A stretch of 64,000 nt of DNA from Octopus vulgaris (lineage: Eukaryota). The notes beneath the pieces were generated by a model. It searched no databases and had not been told where the DNA came from. It worked only from the letters and a program-made list of their open reading frames with translations. The position numbers were made by a program, and so were the translations under genes. The stretch spans positions 14,136,001 through 14,200,000 of the forward strand of contig OX597833.1 of the NCBI GenBank assembly GCA_951406725.2. The letters are read 5' to 3'. Shown piece by piece: positions 52,361 through 64,000 of the stretch. Numbering within the stretch: position 1 is the first letter of the stretch; every line of letters begins with the position of its first letter.

Positions 52361-52381
52361 CATACATAAATATAAATATAA

Positions 52382-52419
<38 letters not shown>

Positions 52420-52422
52420 GAT

Positions 52423-52818
52423 AGGCGCAGGAGTGGCTGTGTGGTAAGTAGCTTGCTTACCAATCACATGGTTCTGGGTTCAGTCCCACTGCGTGGCACC
52501 TTGGACAAATGTCTTCAACTATAGCCTCGGGCCGACCAAAGCCTTGTGAGTGGATTTGGTAGACGGAAACTGAAAGAATCCCGTCGTACATATGTATATA
52601 TGTGTGTGTGTGTATGTTTGTGTCTGTGTTTGTCCCCCCCCCCACCATCGCTTGACAACCGATGTTGGTGTGTTCGCGTCCCCATAACTTAGCGGTTCGG
52701 CAAAACAGACCGATAGAATAAGTACCAGACTTACATAGAATAAGCCCTGGGGCCGCTTTGTTCGACTAAAGGCGGTGCTCTAGCATGGCCACAGTCAAAT
52801 GACTGAAACAAATAAAAG

Positions 52819-52821
<3 letters not shown>
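52423..52821 (+). mobile_element. SINE family A full length
   Basis: Diagnostic head, body and tail. Confidence 0.92.
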
Positions 52822-52874
<53 letters not shown>

Positions 52875-52964
52875 ACTGTTTACGAAAAAAACAACAAAAG
52901 ACGAAGACAGGTGGTGTACAAAACAAACAGATGTATTAGTATAACGCTCAGGAATAGAAAAAGA

Positions 52965-53000
52965 CTTTTACGTTTCGAGCCTACGCTCTTCTACAGAAAG
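52965..53000 (-). ncRNA. Hammerhead-like motif with variant core (CUGUAGA) in a PLE-like terminal fragment (about 52870-53008)
   Basis: Minus strand: cttt CTGTAGA a gagc gtag gctc GAAAC GTA aaag. Confidence 0.6.
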
Positions 53001-53117
53001 GGACACAGGATACATATATACATACAGAGGTGCGCACACGCAGACATATGTACGCACACACATACACGATATTTGCTTGGTTAATACACAGCTGTGGTAG
53101 AGGTGTATAGAGTTAGT

Positions 53118-53420
53118 TATTTACTTGTACTTGTGACGGCGTTCAACTTGGGCGGGTTGAGCCGGCTTCTTCTCTGGTCCTAACGGCATTACAAACCATG
53201 GCGGGCCACGCCCGACGGTCCCGTGCGAGGTCACTGGAGATAGTGAGCCATTCGTGGTTCCATCTGCGCAGACCGACCACCTGCGGACCTGGGAGTTCGG
53301 AGAGGTCCTCCTTTATTGTCGTTGCTCAGGTCTTCAGCTGCCCGCCCGTGTTTTTGCGCCAGCTGGGAAGTGGAGGTGGAAGGAGGACATTACGAATCAG
53401 CTCACCAGAGCTAGTTATAA
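53118..53420 (-). pseudogene. RTE-clade LINE 3' end
   Basis: GGQLKT*ATTIKEDL...GLRRWNHEWL...LARDRRAW resembles an RTE C-terminus; tail caagtacaagtaa. Confidence 0.75.
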
Positions 53421-53774
53421 TAGTAAGCTGGTAAACCAAATTATTTTCTCATACGAAATAGTTTCGTACACTTCAGATTACCCAGGGTATTTGAACGCCT
53501 TTCGATTGGTTGAGTGTCTGGTTCGGTGCTTTGTCATCCGGTTGGTAGATTTGTCGATGACATTCGTTCTTCTGCACAGTATCAGCAGTTGGTTTTGCTT
53601 TAAAGATAATCACATCATTAGCACAACTGTTGACGAAGTCCTTTATTTTGACAGGTGTGAACAGTTAATCCTTCTTTAGAGTGAATTATGTAGCTACCTG
53701 TACAACTGGCAGCCTTGTTGGGTACATGATTAATCACGTGGCTGACTGTATCTTTGGCCTGTATTCATTAAGTA

Positions 53775-53871
53775 CCAGTTATGCACTGGGGTCGATGTAA
53801 TTGACTTAATACCTATGTCTGTCCTTGTTTGTCCCCTCTGTGTTTAGCCCCTTGTGGGTAGTAAAGAAATA
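53775..53871 (+). mobile_element. 5'-truncated SINE-B unit with a 15-bp flanking duplication
   Basis: tgtattcattaagta at 53760-53774 and 53872-53886. Confidence 0.88.
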
Positions 53872-53889
53872 TGTATTCATTAAGTATCC

Positions 53890-54110
53890 ACTTGAGTTTA
53901 CTCTAAAATATGTTGAGAGAGATTTGTGTATATACCAGCAGTTTGAGATAAGCTCAGGTCTTTTGTTTATGATTGTCACGGTGGTGACAGATGATGTGGA
54001 GATATACTGTAAGAGAGAGATGTCCCAGGTCTTGGATATTTTTCAGTATACGTTTATTCTGTCTATTAATGCCTATTAAATGTTTATGTTAACTCTTGCA
54101 TCCTTTGATA
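53890..54110 (-). pseudogene. Degraded Penelope-like element C-terminus
   Basis: IINKRPELISNCWYIHKSL (53917-53973) resembles the LNKRSEL.S.CRH..K motif that ends the PLE GIY-YIG region. Confidence 0.55.
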
Positions 54111-54699
54111 TATAAATGTGCTTAGAGGGTGCTATGGCTCTTCCGGATGGTAGTAAGCAAATGAACTAAACATTAACGGTAAACACATTGGTTCAATTTT
54201 TTAAAATGTATTTACTGTAAGCCTAATATTTCAGGCTGAGGTGCTGCTGGAAGATACATCAGTGCAGTATTTTATTCATTTTACGAAGCGTTTGCTTTTA
54301 CGCAGGAAAAATGCAATGCGGCTATTGTTTGAGTTCGAAATTAATTTTCTAATTTTTCTTTTTTGTTTTAATTGAGAATAAAGTCTAAGAATTTTTAATA
54401 TGATATTAGTTCGAAATTTTGGCACACGGCCAGCAAGTGTCGGGGAGGGTGCAGCTCGATTACATCGAGCCAACTGTTTAACTGGTACTTAATTTATCGA
54501 CACAGAAAGGATGAAAGGCAAAGTCTTCCCTGGTGAGATTTGAACTCAGAACACGAAGTCGGGCGAAAAGCCGCTGAGCATTTTTCCCGGCGCGATAACA
54601 ATTCTCCCAGCTCGTCGCCTTAGTTTTGATTACAATATTAGAAGCATTAACTGGAATTATCTTCTGATAACAACCTTGCTACGAAAGCGTTAATATATA

Positions 54700-55112
54700 T
54701 TTCTTTACTACCCACAAGGGGCTAAACATAGAGGGGACAAACATGGACAGACAAAGGGATTAAGTCGATTATATCGACCCCAGTGCGTAACTGGTACATA
54801 ATTTATCGACCCCGAAAGGATGAAAGGCAAAGTCGACTCGGTAGAATTTGAACTCAGAACGTAACGGCTGACGAAATACCTATTTCTTTACTACCCACAA
54901 GTGGCTAAACACAGAGGGGACAAACAAGGACAGACAAATGGATTAAGTCGATTACATCGACCCCAGTGCGAAACTGGTACTTTATTTAACCGACCCCGAA
55001 AAGATAAAAGGCAAAGTCGACCTCGGCGGAATTTGAACTCAGAACGTAACGGCAGACGAAATACGGCTACGCATTTCGCCCGGCGTGCTAACGTTTCTGC
55101 CAGCTCGCCGCC
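54700..55112 (-). mobile_element. SINE family B dimer (an older B copy lies at about 54410-54620)
   Basis: Head at 55112; junction at about 54875. Confidence 0.9.
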
Positions 55113-55881
55113 TTCGAAAGTGTTAATATATCCTATATAACAACACTTGTTGAAGTTCAATTCCTCACACATGGCACAATAATTGATGTAGATGCTACTT
55201 TAATTTGATGCTAGTAGTGTCCCTTAATGTTGCCCTCAGAGTTCCTATCATTGAGTAAATGGAGCCTCGCTCACTTTCCATATCAGTTCTGTATTGGCTG
55301 TACTATAACGCAATAATTTCAAGTTTAATGTCTGTTACAGTATTACTTTCTATAGCGTTATGTCTTTTTCCTATGAGCATGGTTATCTTAGAAGGCGGGT
55401 GCAATATTTTAGTTTCAAAACTTTGCAAATAAACGTTAAACATTTGCATCTGCTCCGGTGACTAACCGGAAATTGAGGTGTAAATAAGAATGTAACAAAC
55501 ACTTTCGGCTCAGCTGGTCAAATGCAGTAATTTTCAAAATGCAGTAATCAAATTGTATTCTGCAGTGCATTAGCATGCATTAAAGCAAAACTTCTCAAAA
55601 TGACACGCAACAATATTAACGAAACATTTTGACTCCATTTTCCTTTTCCAAATAGAGTTTCCGGTTATATATATTCTTCATCGCTTTGTTATTAGATTTA
55701 AAACGTATAAAAGCAACATTATTTTAGTAAATATGTCACCTTGCCCACCTCTATCAAAGCCTTAAAACCCTTTGGGAAACATTATATTGAGAAATAAATA
55801 CCTTAAATTTAATCGGTGAATACATTTAATAAGTGAACAAGCATCATTTATATATCCCACATCTATTAACCCCCTCCCATT

Positions 55882-56008
<127 letters not shown>

Positions 56009-56049
56009 TATGTTACGGGTGAAGATATATTGTGCGTATATGATGATGT

Positions 56050-56503
<454 letters not shown>

Positions 56504-56874
56504 GAATATGTACGCATATAGGAGTAAATGCGTGTAAATAATTGTGAACGTTCCTGTGGGTGCGTATATATATATATGTATATACGAATATATGTATATG
56601 TAGCTGTATATATATATGAATATTTATATATATTAGTCATACGATATAGTGTATATTTAAACACATAAGAAATCCACTTATATGGATTCTACAGGCTAGA
56701 AAGAACAGCGAGGTTCTATAACCACAAAAATTGTGGATAAAATTCGACAGGAATTTAAATATACGCTATATTGTATGACTAATATATAGTCTTTTTGACT
56801 AAATTTTTTTACACGTTAGACCACTGGAAGTGTAATTTTAAGATTTTAATTAAATTCCATTTCCCTTTGATATG

Positions 56875-56923
<49 letters not shown>

Positions 56924-57199
56924 CATGATCACATGACCGATATTAGTCCATTAAAACCAGTGTAGCATATTAAAAACATCGCGTAAGTCAAAATGCGTTT
57001 ATTGTTTTAGCCTTCGAATGACGCCACCACGAAAAGTGGACTCAACATGCTAGGCCAATAGAAGAAAGAGTGGGAGAAAGAGTGATGAAAGAGTACAGCA
57101 GGGATCACCCCCCTGCCGGAGCCTCGTGAAGATTTTCAGGTGTTTTCGCTCAATAAACACTCACAACGCCCGGTCTGGGAATCGAAACCGCCTCCACAT

Positions 57200-57265
<66 letters not shown>

Positions 57266-57419
57266 GTGTGTGTATGTATGTATAATATATCGAGCTGGCA
57301 GAAACGTTAGCACGCCGGGTAAATTTTATTTCGTATATTTTCATTTGTCTTGTTTAATGCTTTGGTTTTGTGCTGAGTTTTATTTGAGAACATACTCTTT
57401 GTGGAGAATGGCGATTTGA

Positions 57420-57468
<49 letters not shown>

Positions 57469-58625
57469 GTGTGTGTGTGTGTATGTATGTCTAATATATA
57501 TGTATATGTATGGCTAATCGATTATGTGCGTAACTGATTGGTACCTATTTCATCAAAACCCGAAAGGATGAAAGACAAAGTCGACCATAACGGAATCTTG
57601 AACTCAGAACGCAAAGCCGGAATCCGATATATATATAATAATAACAATTATATATAAAGCTAATTTAGCTCTAGGTATGAAATCGATTTGAATAATAAAA
57701 GAGAAAGAAAGCGATATCTCGGCAACGGTGACCTTTGCTTCAACTTCACCTCCAGTGAAGTTACACAATGAAGAGGAACTGAAACACGATATTCATTAAA
57801 AGCTGTCTCATATCAAAGAAAGACACAAGAAATGAAAGAGTGAGAGCATAGATGTGCGAGTCTAGCCTCTCCAGACATTCTCTAATAGCTGTCTAATGGT
57901 TTTATTTGTTTCATCGCTGCAGTGTGTATTTTTTTCCCTTTCTTTTCTCTTCTCTTTCTTTTCCGACCAGAACAAAAAAAGAGAGGAATAACTAATACAT
58001 CTCCATCATTAGTCTACACCACTTGGTCAAAATCTGACAGCTGACACGTTATTATATAGCGAAACAGTAATATCTGTGTCAACGACCAGCTCAGATGTGT
58101 ATAATGAACGACGTTGATAAGGAGCAGCGTTAGTAATCGCCATCTTGTCCCAAAGAAGTCAATTAGAGTTGTCAGTTTTTAGAGAGAAGCTGCATTCAGA
58201 AGACACAATAAAAAAGAAATCGAAAAAATAAATCCCCACAAGGCTGGCTCCTCTGCACAGCCCCTGACTAGCAGAGGCTTCTTGATTTGGTAGACAACTG
58301 ATGTTTTCACAACACACATAGTTCTAACCTGTTGAGAACTTGCATTCACAACAACAACAACGACAATAACAACAACAACAATAATGGTTTCAAATTTTGA
58401 CACAATGCCAGCAAGTTCAGGGAGAGGTTTGATTGATTAATTCGATCCCAGTGCACAAATGCTAGTTGTCTTATCGATCGCGAAAGGATGAAAGGTAATG
58501 TCGACGTCGGCGGGATTTGAACGCAGAACGTAAAGACTGACGAAATACTGCTAAGCATTCTGTGAGGCGTCCTAACGATTCTGCCAGCTCAACGCCTTAA
58601 CAACAACAACAACAACAACAACAAC

Positions 58626-58719
<94 letters not shown>

Positions 58720-58753
58720 GTAATAGTGATAGTAATAATAATAATAATAATAG

Positions 58754-58786
<33 letters not shown>

Positions 58787-58817
58787 TAATAATGATAATA
58801 ATAATAATAATAATAAT

Positions 58818-60360
58818 CAGCGGAGAGCTACAAGTACCTAGGGGTAATTGAAGGGAACGGAATAAGGCATTCAGAGATGAAGGAAAGGATCAGGAGAGAA
58901 TGCTATCGAAGAGTGAGAGCAATACTCAAGACAGAGCTGAATGCAAGAAACAGGATCGAAGCGATCAATGCATTAGCCATACCAGTCGTGACTTACAGTT
59001 TCAATATTGTCAACTGGTCAATTACTGAAATATGTCAGCTCGACAGAAAAATAAGGAAACTGTTGACAATGCATAGAATGCACCACCCTAAGGCAGATAC
59101 AGAACGACTCTATCTGCCAAGAAAAGAGGGAGGCCGTGGTCTTTTGCAACTGGCAATAACAATGAAGATTGCTACAATTGGCCTAGACACCTACCTGAAA
59201 AACTCTGAGGACTGGATGTTAAAACTTGTCTCAAAACATGAAAACAAGAAAGCATCATACTCAGTCACAAAACAGGCAAAGGAATATCTAAGTGAATTCC
59301 GAATACAACCAATTTCGGAATTAGAGATAGATATACAAGAAACAAGCACAGAAAAAGCTAGGCGCATGAAAACCCGTGCCAAAACTGCGGCCTTAGATAT
59401 TCTGAATAATAAATGGCAAGAAAAACCTCTCTATGGCAAATACCCAAAGAGAGCGAATAATGCAGATATCGACAAAGCCCTGACCCATCAGTGGCTAATG
59501 GCCTCTGGCTTAAAATCTGAAACAGAGGGGTTTGTCATAGCAGCTCAAGATCAATGCCTACCAACAAGAAACTACCAGGCCAACATATTAAAGAACGGCA
59601 GTAGCCCAACATGTCATGTATGCTGACAACAAAATGAAACCATTGACCATGTTGTCTCCAAATGCAGTCTTCTAGCGCCTACAGAGTATCTCAGTAGGCA
59701 TGATAGAGCTGCACAATATATTCACTGGGTAATTTGCAAAAACCTGGATTTGCCCCATGATAAAAACTGGTGAGAACACAATCCACCTCCTGTGCTTGAA
59801 AATGACCACATCTCACTCCTCTGGAACTGACAGGAAGACAGATGCAAATAGGCCAGACATTATATTGAGAAGACTTCAGACAAAGAACATGCCTCCTCAT
59901 TGATATGACTGTCCCAATCGATATAAACGTATCTGTCAAGACCTACCAAAAACTGAGCAAATATAAAGATCTTGAAATAGAAATCAGCAAAATGTGGAAG
60001 CTGAAGACTAAAACAATACCTGTTGTCATAAGTGCCCTGGGAATGATAGCGAAAGGGACTGATTGCTACCTAACTCAGATACCAGGAAACCCCAAAATGG
60101 CAGAAATTCAAAAGATAGTGCTCATGGGAACTGCTCATATCCTACGCAAAATACTCTCTATGTAATCCCAAGGTTTAAAACAAACTTTTTTTATTATTTA
60201 TTTATTATTTTTTTTTATGTATTAGACATTCACTAGTACAACACACAAAAAAAAAAACCCAAATATATGGCACAGAACTTCTAACCTGTTGTCTCTTGAG
60301 GTCTCTGGGTGAGACTTGGAGCCAACTTGTACAGACATAAAGCAAAAGTCAAACATAGAA
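58818..60360 (+). mobile_element. 5'-truncated R4/Dong-like non-LTR retrotransposon (RT end, CCHC knuckle, RLE nuclease), inactivated
   Basis: YKYLG, RLYLPRKEGGRGL, AAQDQCLPTRNY, CHVC*QQNETIDHVVSKC, RHD, RPDI, IDMTVP, KLSKYKDL; internal stops and a deletion; (TAA)n on both sides. Confidence 0.95.
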
Positions 60361-60441
60361 TAATAATAATAATAATTATGATAATGATAATGATAATAAT
60401 AATAATGATAATAATAATGATAATAATAATAATAATAATAG

Positions 60442-60474
<33 letters not shown>

Positions 60475-60492
60475 TTATAATAATAATAATAA

Positions 60493-60524
<32 letters not shown>

Positions 60525-60560
60525 ATAATAATAATGATAATAATAATAATAGTGATAATG

Positions 60561-60597
<37 letters not shown>

Positions 60598-60602
60598 TGA
60601 TG

Positions 60603-60667
<65 letters not shown>

Positions 60668-60724
60668 TATAATGATAATAATAATAATGATAATAATAAT
60701 AATAATAGTGATAATGATAATGAT

Positions 60725-60817
<93 letters not shown>

Positions 60818-60863
60818 AATAATAATGATAATAATAATAATAATAGTGATAATGATAATGATT

Positions 60864-60894
<31 letters not shown>

Positions 60895-60924
60895 TAATAA
60901 TAATAATGATAATAATAATAATAA
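60361..60924. repeat. (TAA)n/(TGA)n array of about 560 bp
   Basis: Direct inspection; source of the poly-I ORFs. Confidence 0.97.
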
Positions 60925-61370
60925 TATCCTGTGGGGTGTAAACATCCAGTAGGATCACCTGACCAGAGATAGGAAACTGGACGTTATTGTGGTGTATAAA
61001 AAAGAAAGAACATATATGATTATCAACGTAGCATGCCCCCGTGACAGCAGGATCAATGTGAAAGAAAAAATAAACAACTATGACGATTTAAAGAGGGAAA
61101 TACGAAGGTTGTGGTCAATGAAGAGAGTAGACCTGATGCCAGTAGTAATTAGCGAATTTGGGAATATATGCACTCACCTACCAGCATGGTTGAAAAAGAT
61201 CGGTGCAAGTGTGAAAGTAGAACGCCTACAAAAATCAACATTGCTTGTAACTGCAGGAATTCTTCGCAGGGTTCTTCAAGCATGACCAATAAACAAGTGT
61301 CACCTTAGTCTGCTGGCTGTGGACAACTGATACTTTCCATGATACCCAGCAAAATAAGCTGTAAGTTTTC
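60925..61370 (+). pseudogene. R4/Dong-like RLE nuclease C-terminal fragment (different subfamily) plus 3' UTR
   Basis: ILWGVNIQ*DHL..RKLDVIVV..INVACPRD..KINNYDDLKREIRRLW..PVVI..LQKSTLLVTAGILRRVL. Confidence 0.85.
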
Positions 61371-61699
61371 ATACAGCAAATATTCTGCTCAATACCACAG
61401 ATTTGCTTGTCAGTTGTTTGACCTTAACCAGTTGAGTATGTCCCTTAGTGTCTGAAATATGTGCATCTCTGATCACGAGCAGAAGTAGTGGGGGAGCATC
61501 ATAGCAATGTGTTGAAAGGAATTCGTTAGGGTTTGAATAACTCACCTCTGGAAACGTGGGTGTTTCGTTCAACATCCTTAAACGACCTTTATTCAGGAAC
61601 CATTTGATTGTAATGGGGTACTCGACCCGAAGAAAATTCTGACTGGGTGCCGTCTGCAAGGTTATGCGCTGTGCCTTGTGCCTAGAGTAGAAAAAGAAT

Positions 61700-61925
61700 A
61701 TATGTAAGACTCTCCAAAAAGTTTAGCGTATATGTCCACATTCACATGTCTAGACATGCAACTGTAAGTATGAGTTTGCGTACAGATCTGTACATATACA
61801 CACATACATGCACATCCATTTGCTGATTTTGCAGAAATTCCTATGAAAGAGTCTTGAATCTACGTTCGAAATCGGCTCTTTCCCTATTGGCAAGAAATGT
61901 AGAAATAAACTAAATAATAACATAC
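61700..61925 (+). mobile_element. Diverged 3' end of the RLE family seen at 27478-28297, followed by (CATA)n
   Basis: cttgaatctacgttcgaaatcggctctttccctattggcaagaaat matches the minus-strand 3' UTR at about 27480-27680. Confidence 0.68.
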
Positions 61926-62655
61926 ATGCATACATACATACATATATACATACATACATACATACATACGTACAAACATACATATAAACTACGTTCATAC
62001 ATATATACACACATAAAAACATACATATAAACTACGTTCATACATATATACACACATACATGCACTTACATATATAGACACATACAAACATACATGCACT
62101 TATATATATACACACATACATACAAACGTACATATAAACTACGTTCATACATATATACACACATACAGGCATACATACATACATGAATACATATACACAC
62201 ATATATGCACTTACTTATAAACACACATACAAACTTACACGCACTTACATGTATACACACATACATACATACAAACAAACATACATATAAACTACGTTCA
62301 TACATATATACACACATACAGGCATACATGCATACATGCATACATGAATACATATACACACATATGTGCACTTACATATATACACACATACATGCACTTA
62401 CATATACACACACACACATACATACAAACATATATGCACTTACATATATACACACATACCTACGTACAAACACATATAAACTACGTTCATACATATATAC
62501 ACACATACAGGCATACATACATACATACATACATCCATCCATCCATCCATCCATCCATCCATCCATCCATCCATCCATACATACATACATACATACATAC
62601 ATACATACATACATACATACATACATACATACATGAATACATATACACACATATG
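61921..62655. repeat. (CATA)n-derived compound repeat with the recurrent motif tataaactacgttcatac
   Basis: Motif recurs at about 61983, 62026, 62133, 62286 and 62475. Confidence 0.85.
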
Positions 62656-63598
62656 TGCGGGCGAACGACGCAGTGATGTGTTCAAAGACCTCGCTGATTA
62701 GTTCATTAAAATTATTTGATATCCTTCAAACGATGTCGCGGTTTGTATCCTATAACAAAATGGAGAAACCTCATTAGTTCATATCCTGAAAATTTATTCA
62801 TGTATTCTTCACTTTATGTCAGAAATATGATTAACGACTTTACGTAATAAATTTTATATACATAAGAATCCATTGTTGATAAGTATTTTGCTTCGATGTT
62901 GAAAAGAGCCATATTAGTAAATTGTAAAGACTGCCATTTAAATCGATGACACCTAAATAAGATTTTCTCTGTTAAATTTACAATGTATGATTATGGAAGT
63001 TAACTTATATCAAATCCTAAACTAATTACAATCAATTTAATTATCAACAGCCTTTCATATATAAGTAGCTTTTCGATATTATATCATCTTGATCAGTATA
63101 TACATATATTTGTATATTTGTGTGTAATGAATAGGATTTAGGCTTGTGATTATGTATCTGTTCGGCTGTCTATTTTCATTGTCTATCACTCTAAAATGCA
63201 GCAATTCATACACGCATATAAATACATGCAAGATTAAACTATTATCGCATATATGTAGATAATACTATTATACTTATATACTTACAATGAGAAATTTGTA
63301 TGCAGTCTAGATTTTCATTTATGTCTATCATCGTAAGCTGTACTGGGCTACGTAAAAGACTAGAAATACAGTTTCTGTAAGAAAGTAGAAGGTAAACTCA
63401 TTTGCATTCTTCAAATAGGTGGGATAGTTACAATGTGATTTTGCGCAACCCGGACCACCTCTCTCCTCTAGCTACAAACACATAATACTTATTGTATTCC
63501 CTTTCCTGAACACTTTCATGTAAACTGTTTTTAAACTTTTCTCATCATTATCAAAGACTGTACAACTGTATTTTAATACTTTTGTGATAACCATTTTT

Positions 63599-63672
<74 letters not shown>

Positions 63673-63717
63673 AATTATTCAGTTTATCATTTAAATATAT
63701 ATGACATGTCTAGATAT

Positions 63718-63793
<76 letters not shown>

Positions 63794-63794
63794 A

Positions 63795-64000
63795 TTTGTT
63801 ATTCGTGCCTGTGTTTATCCATCCATCATCGCCTGACAACCGATGTTGATGTTTACGTTCCCATCAGTTAGCGGTTCGGCAAAAAACGTCCGATAGAATA
63901 AGTACAAGGCTTATAAAGAATAAGTCCTGGGAGTCGATTTGTTAGACTAAAGGAAGTGCTCCAGCATGGCCGCAGTCAACTAACTGAAGCAAGTAAAAGA
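63795..64000 (+). mobile_element. SINE family A 3' half
   Basis: gacaaccgatg...gatagaataagtac...ccagcatggccgcagtc. Confidence 0.85.

Noticed and set aside
61375-61670. Complex repeat-like segment, possibly a retroelement UTR with a ribozyme
   Set aside because: No intact hammerhead or HDV core in this copy; cannot be classified without a search.

Overview
Repeat-dominated, AT-rich eukaryotic DNA (intergenic or deep intronic). The SINE repertoire and microsatellite load resemble an octopus/coleoid cephalopod genome; this is inferred from recall, not from a search. No host protein-coding gene, true tRNA/rRNA gene or CRISPR array is supported, and nearly all listed ORFs are translations of microsatellites or SINEs. 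Real content: (i) dozens of copies of at least four tRNA-headed SINE families (labelled A-D here), several with clean TSDs; (ii) R4/Dong-like RLE non-LTR retrotransposon fragments nested in (TAA)n arrays, and a further RLE family next to (TACA)n; (iii) RTE and Penelope-like (PLE) remnants; (iv) non-autonomous Helitrons and MITEs, one carrying telomere-type repeats; (v) 14-, 19-, 36- and 62-bp tandem arrays and long palindromes. Most notable: several dispersed hammerhead-ribozyme motifs of the PLE type (one with a ~90-nt extended stem II), a SINE that recurs as 184-bp head-to-tail multimers with one fixed junction at many loci, and one SINE head found with four different tails. All coordinates were counted by eye and may be off by a few bases.
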